This document shows, piece after piece, positions 37,586 through 48,510 of a stretch of 64,000 nucleotides of DNA. The stretch covers positions 1 through 64,000 of the forward strand of contig JBMFUT010000001.1 in the NCBI GenBank assembly GCA_049966395.1. The letters run 5' to 3'. The DNA comes from Candidatus Micrarchaeia archaeon. GTDB lineage: Archaea; Micrarchaeota; Micrarchaeia; Micrarchaeales; CABMGC01. The position numbers and the translations under genes were made by a program. Numbering within the stretch: position 1 is the stretch's first letter; each line of letters starts with the position of its first letter. Under the pieces are notes generated by a model that saw only the letters and a program-made list of their open reading frames with translations, was not told where the DNA came from and ran no database searches.

Positions 37586-38914
37586 CTATTTTGTGCTACC
37601 TCTTACGAACTTCTCGATCATGACGTCAAACTCTTTGCCTATTGGCTGAAGTTCATAGCTTACCTGCGCAACTGGCTTGTCAACCTCCATTATGCGGCTT
37701 AAATTAGTCGGAGTTGCCGAAACAACGCTGTCGCAGTCGGCACTGTTTATCACCGCCTTTAGCTCCGAAATCTGCTTCTCGTTGTAGCCCAGTGCCGGCA
37801 GCACGTTGCCAAGTTGCTTAAAGTTTTCATAGGCTTTCTTTATACTCCCAATGGCGTATTTCCTAGGGTCTATTATCTCCTTTGCGCCGTAGTTTTTGGC
37901 GGCTACTGTTGCGGCGCCGAACTTCATACCTCCGTGCGTTACAGTGGGTCCGTCCTCTACTACAAGCACACGCTTGCCAGTTATCAGGCTCGGATTGTCA
38001 ACGCTTATGACAGAGTTTGCAAGCACCACAAAAGCATCGCTATTTATTTTTGACAGATTTTCCTTCAGCTGCGAAACCTCCATTTCAGAAGCCGAATTTA
38101 CTTTGTTTATGAGCAGCACGTTCGCCATCCTTGCCACAGTCTCTCCCGGATAGTACGTCAGTTCGTTGCCGACCCTCAAAGGATCAGCTACAGTTATAAG
38201 CAGGTCGGGCCTTATGAAAGGGGCGTCGTTGTTTCCGCCGTCCCATATTATTATATCGGCTTCTTCCTCCGCCTTTTCCAATATTCTGGCGTAGTCTACT
38301 CCAGAGTAAACAACGGTTTTATTTCTGATATGAGGTTCGTAGTCCTCGCGTTCCTCTATAGTGCACTCGTACTTGTCAAGATCCTTCAGAGATGCGAAAC
38401 GCTGCACCGCCTGCTTTTTCAAATCCCCGTAAGGCATAGGATGCCTTATTACAACCGGCGTTTTGCCACTTTTCTTTATTAGAGCCGCGACATACCTTGA
38501 GGTCTGGCTCTTGCCGCTTCCTGTCCTGACAGCGCACACCGCAATTACCGGCTTCTTCGACTTGAGCATCGTGTTGCTCGGGGAAACGAGCCAAAAATCC
38601 GCGCCATTAGCATTTGCAATGCTTGCCTTGTGCATCACTTCAACGTCTGGAAGGTCGCTGTATGCCTGTACGCAGGCATCTACATTAAATTTCTTTATGA
38701 GTGCAGGCATCTCAGATTCGTCGTGTATTTCTATCCCTTTGGGGTAAAGCTTGCCCGCAAGTTCCTTTGGATAGGTCCTTTTTGAAATGTAAGGTATTTG
38801 GTTGGCTGTGAAACCTACAACGTCATAGCCTTCGTTGTCCCTGAAGAGCATGTTGAAATCGTGGAAATCTCTGCCCGCGGCGCCGAGTATAAGAATACGC
38901 TTTTTTCCACCCAT
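37586..38914 (-). CDS. arcE: COG2403 P-loop protein, probable arginine synthetase ArcE
   Basis: ILGAAGRDFHDFN, ANQIP, AVRTGSGKSQTSR, RHPMPYG, CTIEEREDYEPH, WDGGNND, VEDGPTVTHGGM. Confidence 0.8.
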   Translation of the reverse strand: MGGKKRILILGAAGRDFHDFNMLFRDNEGYDVVGFTANQIPYISKRTYPKELAGKLYPKGIEIHDESEMPALIKKFNVDACVQAYSDLPDVEVMHKASIANANGADFWLVSPSNTMLKSKKPVIAVCAVRTGSGKSQTSRYVAALIKKSGKTPVVIRHPMPYGDLKKQAVQRFASLKDLDKYECTIEEREDYEPHIRNKTVVYSGVDYARILEKAEEEADIIIWDGGNNDAPFIRPDLLITVADPLRVGNELTYYPGETVARMANVLLINKVNSASEMEVSQLKENLSKINSDAFVVLANSVISVDNPSLITGKRVLVVEDGPTVTHGGMKFGAATVAAKNYGAKEIIDPRKYAIGSIKKAYENFKQLGNVLPALGYNEKQISELKAVINSADCDSVVSATPTNLSRIMEVDKPVAQVSYELQPIGKEFDVMIEKFVRGSTK

Positions 38915-39037
38915 TTAATCACAATTAATTTAACATGCAAAACTATAATAAATTGATTAATGTGTCGTCGTAAAACGACGCAGATAAGGTTTATAGTATT
39001 TAACTTGCCATAAGATAGCAGACCAGCACTGATATAA

Positions 39038-40954
39038 ATGGAAAATCAGAACGACGAGTATAACGCATCAAAAATAGTTGTGCTAGAAGGCACGCAGGGC
39101 ATAAGGAAAAGGCCCGCAATGTACATCGGCTCTACCGGCGTGCAAGGGGTAGTGCATCTGCTGATCGAAATAATAGACAATGCAATAGACGAATCCCTGG
39201 CTGGCTATTGCAAGAACATATCAGTTTCGCTTCTCCAAGAAGATAGCGGAGACATTGCAGAAGTGAGCGACGACGGGCGGGGAATACCTGTAGACATAAT
39301 GCCAAAGTACAACAAGCCTGCACTAGAAGTCATAATGACTTCGTTGCATTCAGGCGCCAAATTCGACAATAACACATACAAAATCTCTGGTGGCCTGCAC
39401 GGCGTTGGCCTTACGGTTGTCAATGCCCTTTCAGAGTACATGGAGGTGACGGTCAAGAAAGGGGGCAACATTTACAGGCAAAAATTCAGCCGCGGCCAGC
39501 CAGTTTCGCAGATGGAAATCATAGGTAATACGGATCAGCATGGCACAACGATAAGATTCAAGCCGGATCCGGAAATATTTCCTGACCCAAGGTTTGATTC
39601 TGAGCAGATAAAGGCAAAGCTCGAGTACGCCAGCTTCCTTAATCCAGGCATAAGGATAAAATTCAGCGACGAGCGTTTCCCGCAAAAAGAAACTAAGGAA
39701 TACTATTCTGAGCAAGGCATACCTGAACTAATAATGCAATTAAACAAGGACAAGCAGCCGCTTACCAATGTCATATACGCAAAAAAACAGCAGGACTCGA
39801 TGCAAATAGAGTTTGCCCTTCAGTATAACAACGGCTATGATGAAAAGGTGCTCTCTTTCGTCAACGATGTCAGGACAACAGAAGGAGGCACTCACGAAGT
39901 TGGCTTCCGCTCCGCGCTCAGCAGGGCCATAATAAACTATGCATCTGAGTCAAAGAACGGCAAGGACAGCGACGAAATAAAGCTTACTGGGGACGATGTG
40001 AGAGAAGGCTTGACTGCTGTGATAAGCCTCCTGATGCAGAGCCCAGAATTCGAAGGCCAAACAAAGGAAAAGCTTGGCAATACAAAGGTGAAGAGCGCAG
40101 TAGAGAGTGCTGTTTATGCCATAATCTCAAGATACTTGGAAGAGCACCCGTCTGACGCAAAAGCCATAGTCGGAAAGGTGCAGAGCGCCGCAATAGCGAG
40201 GGAAAGTGCCAGAAAGGCAAAGGAGCTTGCGAGAAAGAAGAGCATATTCGAAACCGCAGTGCTGCCCGGGAAGCTAGCAGACTGCGTTGAAAGCGATCCA
40301 GAAAAATCTGAAATATTCATAGTGGAAGGCGAAAGCGCAGGTGGCTCTAGCAAGCAAGGAAGGGACAAAAATTTCCAGGCCATACTTCCGCTTAGGGGCA
40401 AGATACTAAACGTTGAAAAGGCGACCGATGAGAAGATATTCAGTAACGCCGAAATACACACAATGGTTGCTGCATTCGGCACCGGGATAAAGGAAACTTT
40501 CAATCCGGAGGCTGTGCGCTACAAAAAAATAATAATAATGACCGATGCCGACGTAGACGGCAGCCACATAAAGACCCTGCTGCTTACGTTCTTCTACCGC
40601 TACATGAAGAAGCTGGTTGAGCTTGGCTATGTTTACATAGCGCAGCCGCCGCTGTACAAGATATCAAAAGGCAAGGAGCAGCGATACTGCTATACTGATG
40701 ATGAGCTTGCGGCGGCGATGAAGGAGCTTGGCTCCGACGCGGCGGTGCAGCGCTACAAAGGTCTCGGAGAAATGAATCCAGAGCAGTTGTGGCAGACCAC
40801 GATGGACCCGGAAAGGCGCATACTAAAGCAGGTTACAATAAAGGATGCCGAAAAGGCTGACAGGTTACTAACAATCCTCATGGGCATAGACGTTTCTGAA
40901 AGGAGAAAGTTCATAGAAGAGCACTCTAAAGAGGTAAGATTTTTAGATCTGTGA
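39038..40954 (+). CDS. gyrB: DNA gyrase subunit B
   Basis: IRKRPAMYIGS, DDGRGIP, SGGLHGVG, VEGESAGG, PLRGK, MTDADVDG, RYKGLGEM. Confidence 0.98.
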   Translation: MENQNDEYNASKIVVLEGTQGIRKRPAMYIGSTGVQGVVHLLIEIIDNAIDESLAGYCKNISVSLLQEDSGDIAEVSDDGRGIPVDIMPKYNKPALEVIMTSLHSGAKFDNNTYKISGGLHGVGLTVVNALSEYMEVTVKKGGNIYRQKFSRGQPVSQMEIIGNTDQHGTTIRFKPDPEIFPDPRFDSEQIKAKLEYASFLNPGIRIKFSDERFPQKETKEYYSEQGIPELIMQLNKDKQPLTNVIYAKKQQDSMQIEFALQYNNGYDEKVLSFVNDVRTTEGGTHEVGFRSALSRAIINYASESKNGKDSDEIKLTGDDVREGLTAVISLLMQSPEFEGQTKEKLGNTKVKSAVESAVYAIISRYLEEHPSDAKAIVGKVQSAAIARESARKAKELARKKSIFETAVLPGKLADCVESDPEKSEIFIVEGESAGGSSKQGRDKNFQAILPLRGKILNVEKATDEKIFSNAEIHTMVAAFGTGIKETFNPEAVRYKKIIIMTDADVDGSHIKTLLLTFFYRYMKKLVELGYVYIAQPPLYKISKGKEQRYCYTDDELAAAMKELGSDAAVQRYKGLGEMNPEQLWQTTMDPERRILKQVTIKDAEKADRLLTILMGIDVSERRKFIEEHSKEVRFLDL

Positions 40955-40958
40955 TAAA

Positions 40959-43367
40959 ATGCGCATACTCCCAACGCTGCTAGAAGACGAAATGCAGTTG
41001 AGCTACCTAGACTACGCCATGAGCGTAATAATAGGGAGGGCAATACCTGATGCTCAGGACGGCCTTAAGCCTGCGCAGAGGAGAATCCTCTACGCCATGT
41101 ACAACATAAATAACACGCACGACCAGCCAACAAAAAAGAGCGCGAGGATAGTGGGAGAAGTTATAGGCAAATTCCATCCGCACGGAGACACCGCCGTATA
41201 CGAGGCGCTCGTAAGAATGGCGCAGGACTTTTCGATGAACCACACTTTTGTGGAAGGCCAGGGAAACTTCGGTTCCATAGACGGAGATCCGCCCGCAGCC
41301 ATGCGTTACACAGAAGTTAGGCTTACCCGGCTGGCAGAAGAGATGCTTGCCGACATAGAAAAGGAAGTGGTTGATTTCGTACCCAACTTCGACAACACCG
41401 AAAAGGAGCCGGTGCTTCTCCCAGCAAAACTGCCTAACCTGCTTGTAAACGGAGCTTCTGGCATTGCAGTAGGAGTTGCAACAAGCATACCCCCTCACAA
41501 TCTTGGCGAGGTGTGCGATGCGGTTGTATATGCAATAGACCATCCGGACTACACTCCTGACGATCTGCTCGGAATAATAAAAGGGCCTGACTTCCCTACC
41601 GGAGGCATTGCGCTCATGAGCGAATCCTCTTTTGCCGGATACAGGCACGGCCGCGGAAGAGTTACTATAAAAGCGCTTGCGGAAATAAACGACAGCGACA
41701 TAATAATAACAGAAATCCCTTATGGAGTTAACAAGTCCACGCTCATAGAGGAAATGGCGAACCTCGCGAGGGAGAAAAAAATAAACGGGATAAGCGACAT
41801 ACGCGACGAGAGCGGCAAGGAGGGAATAAGGATAAGGATAAAGCTGAAGAATTCAAACGGCGAGCAGGTGCTGAACTTCCTGTTCAAGCACACGCAGCTC
41901 ATGGTGACTTTTCCAATAATAAACCTGGCAGTAGTGGGCAACACGCTTAAAAACTTCAACATTTCGCAGTTTATTGCCACTTTCATAAACCACAGGAGGA
42001 ACGTGATAAGGAGGCGCACAGAGCACGACTTGGCAGCCGCCAAGGAGCGCACCCACATACTAGAAGGGCTGCTGGTTGCGATAGAGAACATAGACGGCGT
42101 GATAAAAATAATAAAGGGCAGCAGCGAGATCGCTAGCGCAAGGCAAGCGCTTGTTTCCTCTTACAATATAACCGAGAAGCAGGCAAACGCGATACTGGAC
42201 ATGAAGCTAGGCAGGCTGACAAGTCTCGAGCGCGGAGCCATAACTTCTGAAAAAGCAGAGCTGGACAAGAAAATTGCATACTATGGGGAAATACTTTCAG
42301 ATCAGAACAAAATAGACGGCATAATAAAGGAAGAAACGCAGGAAATAAGAAAGAAGTACGGGAGGGCGAGAAGGACACGCATAGAGGTCACATCAGAAGA
42401 GCCTGGAGACATAGAAGATGAGGAAACAATACCTAACGAAAAGACAATAATAGTATTCACAAACACCGGCTACATAAAGAGAATGAGCCCCGCCAACTAC
42501 AAGGAACAGATGCGTGGCGGCAGAGGAGTAGTAGCAATAAACCTCAAGGAGGGTGACTATACAAAGCAGATACTGCGCTGCTACACCAAAGAGACGCTCT
42601 TGTGCATAACAGACAAGGGCAACGCTTACTGGATGAAAGCATACATGGTACCCGAAGGGTCGAGGTACTCCGAGGGCAAGGCGATAGTAAACATGCTCAA
42701 CCTAAAGGACGAGCGCGTGATATACATATCTAACGTAAGCGACTTTTCCACATCTAAAATATTGTTCTTGACCAGGAAGGGTACAATAAAGAAAGTCGAC
42801 GCAGTGCGCTTCTCAAGGCCGAGATCAACAGGCATACGCGCCATATCGATAGGGGAAAACGATTCGGTTGCCGACATACGCATATACAACCAAGCGAAAT
42901 ACATATTTGTGGCCACAAGAGGCGGGAAGATAATAAAGTTCGAGGAGAATACCCTAAGGTCTGTGGGAAGATCTGCGATGGGCGTCAGGGGAATAAGACT
43001 GAGGGAAGGAGACGAAGCCATAAACGTGATAACCTCAAACGACGAAGGCAGCATACTTTCAATAACGCAAAACGGATACGGAAAGCTCACACCGGTGAGC
43101 AAATACAGGACCCAGCGTCGTGGAGGCAAGGGCGTGATAAACCTCAAGGTGAGCCAAAAAACAGGCAGCGTCGCAAAGGTACTTGTGGCAGCCGGTAACG
43201 AAAGTGCAACACTAATAAACTCGAAGGGCATTGCAATAACTTTCGAGGTTGAATCTATACGCACAACAGGCAGGGCGGCAAGCGGAGTAAGGCTCATGCG
43301 CCTTCCGGAAGGAGCCAAAGTGGTAGACGCGATGCTGGAGGAAAAGGGAGTAGCAGACGCAAGCTGA
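40959..43367 (+). CDS. gyrA: DNA gyrase subunit A
   Basis: [22 protein letters not shown] catalytic Tyr, GyrA box QMRGGRG, beta-pinwheel C-terminal repeats. Confidence 0.98.
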   Translation: MRILPTLLEDEMQLSYLDYAMSVIIGRAIPDAQDGLKPAQRRILYAMYNINNTHDQPTKKSARIVGEVIGKFHPHGDTAVYEALVRMAQDFSMNHTFVEGQGNFGSIDGDPPAAMRYTEVRLTRLAEEMLADIEKEVVDFVPNFDNTEKEPVLLPAKLPNLLVNGASGIAVGVATSIPPHNLGEVCDAVVYAIDHPDYTPDDLLGIIKGPDFPTGGIALMSESSFAGYRHGRGRVTIKALAEINDSDIIITEIPYGVNKSTLIEEMANLAREKKINGISDIRDESGKEGIRIRIKLKNSNGEQVLNFLFKHTQLMVTFPIINLAVVGNTLKNFNISQFIATFINHRRNVIRRRTEHDLAAAKERTHILEGLLVAIENIDGVIKIIKGSSEIASARQALVSSYNITEKQANAILDMKLGRLTSLERGAITSEKAELDKKIAYYGEILSDQNKIDGIIKEETQEIRKKYGRARRTRIEVTSEEPGDIEDEETIPNEKTIIVFTNTGYIKRMSPANYKEQMRGGRGVVAINLKEGDYTKQILRCYTKETLLCITDKGNAYWMKAYMVPEGSRYSEGKAIVNMLNLKDERVIYISNVSDFSTSKILFLTRKGTIKKVDAVRFSRPRSTGIRAISIGENDSVADIRIYNQAKYIFVATRGGKIIKFEENTLRSVGRSAMGVRGIRLREGDEAINVITSNDEGSILSITQNGYGKLTPVSKYRTQRRGGKGVINLKVSQKTGSVAKVLVAAGNESATLINSKGIAITFEVESIRTTGRAASGVRLMRLPEGAKVVDAMLEEKGVADAS

Positions 43368-46139
43368 TTATTCTGCGTCAGCCCAGAATTTCCTGGTGCG
43401 TATGAATGATTTCTGCGCGTTTATCAAATCCAGCAGAAAAAGCCTGTAGTCTTTCCTAACGAACTTGAGAATGCGCGCCGCAGTGGAAAGCCCTATGCCA
43501 TAAGTCGACAAAGCAAAAAGCGCGCGCTTGCCGTATGCTGCCACAAGATCTGCGCCCATAAGCATCTCGCCGCGCATCTTCTGCTCCTCCTTTCCAAGCG
43601 TTTTATGGTTCTTCATCTTTGCCATCAAGTCAGAATATTTTTCCTCGTAGACTGTCACCATCGGGCTGCCGCACACAGGGCACGTTATATTTTCATGCTC
43701 CCCTATCTCGCCAATCTTCTTGCCGAATACGAAGCCGCAGTAGGTGCAAAGCATTTCGACGTTCTTGTTCTCAGTCTCTTCTGCAAACTGCTTTATTTCT
43801 GCGTCAGTGGGCAGCAGAGGCAGCATAAGCTCTTTGTAGTAGTATGAAGATTTGAGTATCTCCTCTGTGAGCGGAGATCCGGCGTCCCTGAAAATTTTAA
43901 TATTGATGCTGCCTTCCCTCAGCATCTTCTGAAAAGCTGAAACTGTGCCAATGTCTAGGTAGTTTTTGTAAAGATCCCTAAGCGTCTCTTTTTCTATGGG
44001 CGTGCCTTTGTAGAATGCCGCCAGTCTGGCAACAGTGCTCTTTTTCAGCATCGCCTTCTTGCTTGCCACTCCAAAAAGCTTCAGCACGTGGATAAACTTG
44101 TACTTGAAAAGCTCCGAATTGGAAAGGAAGGCGCTGACCATGCTGCCCTCCAGATCTATGCTCTTGAAAGCTTCAAACGCCCTGAAAATATCGGGTCTTC
44201 TATTAGCTTGGCTGTAATCTATTATGACGGAATACGGAGTTGACTTGACATTTATGCCAGATGCGCTCGATGCGAGTATGCCCCCAAGGACCCTTCCGAG
44301 CAGCTCGTTTGCCATTTTTCCTAGCGCGGCGTAAACTACAGCGTAATTATCTGTCTCCTCGATGCAAACGGAATCGTTTGACGGCACGAAGAACTTCTCC
44401 TGGCCGTAGAGTAGGGCGCGCACATCCTCGGCCGCGCCCTTGTCCATCACGCTTTCAAGAGTCTTGATGCGCTTGCTGTCAAGAAGCTCAAAGACCTTGT
44501 TTGCCACAGTGTAAGAAACAGGGATGTCCTCCCCCTCCCACTCTGGTATGGCCGCTTCGAAGTCGAAGCTAGGCTCTACGTAAATGCTGTCTTTGTCAAT
44601 GCTTACCACCTTCCATGGCAGTCCTTTTATTATGAACACGCCGCCCTCTTCGATGTTGCTGGAGACGAATCTCTCGTCAAGGGTGGATATTATCCTTCCG
44701 CCAACGGCCCCTTTTACGAAGAATCTTGAGGAATCAGGAATAACACTTATATTCTCTATGAAGTAGTTGCGTGTCTTTCCTGTGGCGCCTATGTATCCTT
44801 TTTCTATTCTTATCATCCTCAGTGCTGCGGCAAACTCCACAATACCTTTGAAATCCTCAATTCTGAGCCTCGAATAAGGCGCAGCCCCCTTAAATATGCC
44901 ATATGCTTCTTCTACGCTTATCCTCTTACGCTCTAGCGCCATGCCGCACAGTTGGTTCACTAGGACGTCGGCCGCCAGCTCCTCTATTCCCCTTTCCTCG
45001 AGCTTTTTCTCTGACGCCAGGATGCACAACGCCGCAGATTCTATTGCGTCTATTGAGCTCGCCACAACTATCTTCCCCTTTGACACCTTTCCTATGGAGT
45101 GCCCGCTTCTTCCAACCCGCTGCACAAGCCTGGTAACCTGCCTTGGAGATGCGTACTGTATTACAAGGTCAACGTTGCCGACGTCAATCCCAAGCTCTAG
45201 CGAGCTTGTTGCCGCAATTGCCTTTATTTTGCCCTCCTTGAACTGGTCCTCTATTTTTATCCTTTCTTCCCTGTCAAGAGAGCCGTGGTGTATGCCAATG
45301 CCTCCGAAAGGGGTGACTTTGTCTATGTAGACAAGCTTGCTTCCTATCGATTCCACCACGCTTCTGGTGTTCGCAAAAAATATTGTAGATTTGTTATCCT
45401 TTATCATCTGGGCTATTCTTTCAAGCCTTGCAATAGCCGCGCCGTCAAGTTTAAACAAATCCTTGAGCCCTTTCACGCTGTTGGCAGGCGTCTTCGGCAT
45501 TTCGACCTCTATCTGCATTTGCTTCGCGGAATTTGCGTCTACTATCTCGCATTTCCTATCGCCGCACAGGAACCTCGCGACAGTTTTTGCGTTGCCTATT
45601 GTCGCGCTTATGCCAACCCTCTGGAATTCCCCCGAAATCTTTGCGATTCTTTCTAGTGCCACTGCAAGCTGCGCCCCGCGCTTGTTGAAGTAAAGTTCGT
45701 GTATCTCGTCTACAATGACAAACTTCAGATTAGACAAGGCTCCGCGGAGCCTGCCAGAAAGCAGTATGCTCTGCAGGCTTTCAGGAGTTGTTATCATTAC
45801 TTGTGGCGGGGAGACGCTCTGCCTTGCCCTCTCTTTTCTTGTAGTATCCCCGTGCCTGACCTCTATAGTTATGCCGAGATTTTTGCCCATTTCAGAAAGT
45901 CTCTTGAGCAGATCCCTGTTGAGTGCCCTGAGCGGCGTTACATATATGCAAGATATGCTGCTCATGCCTTCTTGCTTTATCCTGTTCAATATGGGCAGCA
46001 ACCCAGCTTCAGTCTTGCCTGTGCCTGTAGGCGCAACTATTATGCAGTTTGCGCCGCTCTCCACTACTGGAAAAGCCTTTTCCTGGACTTCTGTAAAAGA
46101 AGGGAATTTTTCCAAGAAAAGCTTGTAGGCATCAGTCAA
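43368..46139 (-). CDS. lhr: Lhr-family SF2 helicase with C-terminal Zn finger
   Basis: APTGTGKT, TPLRALNRD, TTPESL, DEIH, SAT, HHGSL, SSLELGIDVG, QRVGRSGH; CTYC/CPVC. Confidence 0.94.
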   Translation of the reverse strand: MTDAYKLFLEKFPSFTEVQEKAFPVVESGANCIIVAPTGTGKTEAGLLPILNRIKQEGMSSISCIYVTPLRALNRDLLKRLSEMGKNLGITIEVRHGDTTRKERARQSVSPPQVMITTPESLQSILLSGRLRGALSNLKFVIVDEIHELYFNKRGAQLAVALERIAKISGEFQRVGISATIGNAKTVARFLCGDRKCEIVDANSAKQMQIEVEMPKTPANSVKGLKDLFKLDGAAIARLERIAQMIKDNKSTIFFANTRSVVESIGSKLVYIDKVTPFGGIGIHHGSLDREERIKIEDQFKEGKIKAIAATSSLELGIDVGNVDLVIQYASPRQVTRLVQRVGRSGHSIGKVSKGKIVVASSIDAIESAALCILASEKKLEERGIEELAADVLVNQLCGMALERKRISVEEAYGIFKGAAPYSRLRIEDFKGIVEFAAALRMIRIEKGYIGATGKTRNYFIENISVIPDSSRFFVKGAVGGRIISTLDERFVSSNIEEGGVFIIKGLPWKVVSIDKDSIYVEPSFDFEAAIPEWEGEDIPVSYTVANKVFELLDSKRIKTLESVMDKGAAEDVRALLYGQEKFFVPSNDSVCIEETDNYAVVYAALGKMANELLGRVLGGILASSASGINVKSTPYSVIIDYSQANRRPDIFRAFEAFKSIDLEGSMVSAFLSNSELFKYKFIHVLKLFGVASKKAMLKKSTVARLAAFYKGTPIEKETLRDLYKNYLDIGTVSAFQKMLREGSINIKIFRDAGSPLTEEILKSSYYYKELMLPLLPTDAEIKQFAEETENKNVEMLCTYCGFVFGKKIGEIGEHENITCPVCGSPMVTVYEEKYSDLMAKMKNHKTLGKEEQKMRGEMLMGADLVAAYGKRALFALSTYGIGLSTAARILKFVRKDYRLFLLDLINAQKSFIRTRKFWADAE

Positions 46140-46143
46140 CCTA

Positions 46144-47775
46144 TCACGATGGGCTTAGGCCATTGATTACAGCCGTGCCGAATGCATGCTCGACGCTTCC
46201 GTTGTAGGTGTAATTCAGTGAAAGGGTAAGGTACAAGTCAAGAGGGAAGCCGCTAAGCTTGGAGCTGCCTTCGTAGCATGGTATTGTGAAATTGGCCGTT
46301 TCCCCAGGCTGCAAGGTGGCATTAAGCTGCGCATATCTGCCCTGCTGCTGGAAGTAACAAGAGGCGCTTTTCAGCTCTGCTGCTCCTTTCATGCTGTTGG
46401 TTATCCCTATTGTAAGGTTGCTGTATGCAAGCACCGGATTGCTGCATCCAATGCTGGAGTTGGCGAAGCTGCAGTAGCTTGAAAATGGCGAGGTAAAACT
46501 CATAGAATGCCCCTTTAGCCCTAGCATCGAGAGCAGGCGTATGTTGCTCGGTATGCTGTACATTATCCTAGATGTGTTGGCGAAAGAGATTACGCTGGCG
46601 TTGTAGCCGCCTATTATCTCGGTCGTTCTAACAAGAGAAACGCTGCCGAGGCTGCCATTTAGCGGAAACACGTACGCGCTGCAGTAGTTGGTGTTGTTTG
46701 CAGAGCTTATAATGCCTATGCATTTTGGCGTGTTTGAGGGCACCAGGTTTGAGATGCTTGCCATGGCGACAGTGCTAGCATTAAGCAAAAGCACGGTTGC
46801 ATAAGACGTGTTTTCTATCCTCGAGGTTTCAAAGTAGCTAAGCTGCTCGTAGCTGCTGTTGTAAGAGTTTCTCAGCAGCGCCTCGCTCTCTGAGACAGAC
46901 GGGTAGCTACTGTTGTAAGAGGCGCCCAATATGTCTGTGCAGCTTGCGTTGCCGTAATAAGAGAGCGTCTTTAACCATCCTCCAGAGTACCAGCTGCACA
47001 AGGTTCCTTTGCCTCCAAGCTTCACTACTGTTATATTTGTGTTTCCTATTGCGGCATGAGTGGCATTCATCCCGCTGGCGTTTGCCGCGATGCCTATTAT
47101 TGACGGGCTAAGGAATCCCCTTAACCACAGCGAGTATGCTTCACTGCCGTTTTGATAAGAAGCGTCAGCGACAGAGACATTCCTTATGTAGCTAGAGGTT
47201 ATGTTTATGAGCCTTGAGATCAGCGCGGCGCTCTGCACATTTGCGCCTATGCCGTAGGCACTCCTTATGTATTCGGCAGTCATGAGGCCAGCGGCGCTGC
47301 CCTGCGCGCTTGAAAAGTTGGCCGCGCCCGGAGGAATGACAGCATATGGCCTTGCAGCTTCAGGTTCTTCAACGAATATGCGTATTGTAGATTTGGCGCT
47401 GTTCCTGTTCTGCACATTGTATACCTTGCCCAAATCTGCAACCGCCGAGATGTTGTAGGCTCCGCTGCCCTCAGGCGTGAAGTTATAATATATTGTAGCC
47501 TCTTTGCCAGGTGGCATTGTGACAAGATATACAGAGCTGAGGTTGCCGTTTACGAGTATGCTTATGCTCAAGTTCCTGAATGCCGCGCTCCCGACGTTGC
47601 TTACGTTCACTGGCAGCCGCACCTCGCTGAATGGGTAAACGCTTCCAAAGGAAGATTGATTTGCAGAAAACGAAACAGACACTCCTATTGCAGGCTGGTA
47701 ATAATACCTGAAGTAAATGGCAGCAGCTGCCACGGCTATGAAAAACATGGCCCAGAAGTAAAACTCTTTTTTCAT
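46144..47775 (-). CDS. membrane-anchored surface glycoprotein (CARDB-like Ig domain)
   Basis: N-terminal TM, VNVSNVG...GAYNISAVAD, many N-x-S/T sequons, paired Cys. Confidence 0.8.
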   Translation of the reverse strand: MKKEFYFWAMFFIAVAAAAIYFRYYYQPAIGVSVSFSANQSSFGSVYPFSEVRLPVNVSNVGSAAFRNLSISILVNGNLSSVYLVTMPPGKEATIYYNFTPEGSGAYNISAVADLGKVYNVQNRNSAKSTIRIFVEEPEAARPYAVIPPGAANFSSAQGSAAGLMTAEYIRSAYGIGANVQSAALISRLINITSSYIRNVSVADASYQNGSEAYSLWLRGFLSPSIIGIAANASGMNATHAAIGNTNITVVKLGGKGTLCSWYSGGWLKTLSYYGNASCTDILGASYNSSYPSVSESEALLRNSYNSSYEQLSYFETSRIENTSYATVLLLNASTVAMASISNLVPSNTPKCIGIISSANNTNYCSAYVFPLNGSLGSVSLVRTTEIIGGYNASVISFANTSRIMYSIPSNIRLLSMLGLKGHSMSFTSPFSSYCSFANSSIGCSNPVLAYSNLTIGITNSMKGAAELKSASCYFQQQGRYAQLNATLQPGETANFTIPCYEGSSKLSGFPLDLYLTLSLNYTYNGSVEHAFGTAVINGLSPS

Positions 47776-47790
47776 CAGAACACCGTCGTT

Positions 47791-48255
47791 TCAGTAGCTT
47801 TTGCTCTTCAAGTGATTTATAGCTTCCCCTATCTTCGCTGCGATATCCTTGTACTCTGCCTCGAACAGGCTTCTGGCCCAAACGCCGGCGTCGTACCTAT
47901 CCCCAATGCTCGGTGGCTTGAAATAGAATTTTCCCTCCTTGTTTTCTATTATGCCCATGTTCTTCAGCCTGAGCAAGTGATACCTTAGCGTTTTCTCGTT
48001 TATTGGCTCCCAGTTGCTGTCTATGTAGCCCTTAAGTTCTTCCGCACTGGGGTCAACCTTATTTATGAACTGGAAATTTATGAGCGCGTCGAGCACAGCC
48101 ACAGCGCTGAGCCTCGATTCCCCTGGATTTATCACTCCGAGCGTAAGCGCAAGCCATCTGACTATGGACCTTTTTGTCTCAAGGACCTCGCCAGTGAGCC
48201 TGAGGTTCCTGAGCGTTATTTCTTTTTCTATGAGCGCAGACTCGTTGAGCTCCGC
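47791..48255 (-). CDS. winged-helix DNA-binding protein; true start upstream of the ORF-track GTG
   Basis: EKTLRYHLLRLKNMGII HTH; frame stays open and protein-like for 40 codons upstream of 48135, up to a GGTGA SD. Confidence 0.75.
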   Translation of the reverse strand, partial: AELNESALIEKEITLRNLRLTGEVLETKRSIVRWLALTLGVINPGESRLSAVAVLDALINFQFINKVDPSAEELKGYIDSNWEPINEKTLRYHLLRLKNMGIIENKEGKFYFKPPSIGDRYDAGVWARSLFEAEYKDIAAKIGEAINHLKSKSY

Positions 48256-48510
48256 GGAATCACCAATACAAAGTGCAAGTCAAATTGAATCAGAGCCTAG
48301 CAGCATTATTGCGCCTTAGACTGCGCGCAACACCAGCAGCTGCGAGAGCGGCCCTATTATGCGTTTTTTGCCTGCATATATTTTTATATTGCATTGCCCA
48401 TATACTTATAAAATTGTTTAGCCCGCCATAGCCCTTCGATTGGAATAGAATTCGCTCAAAGAACAGGCAACCGCTTGATTTGTTTGTTGCGCAATGCTGC
48501 AGGCGAATGG

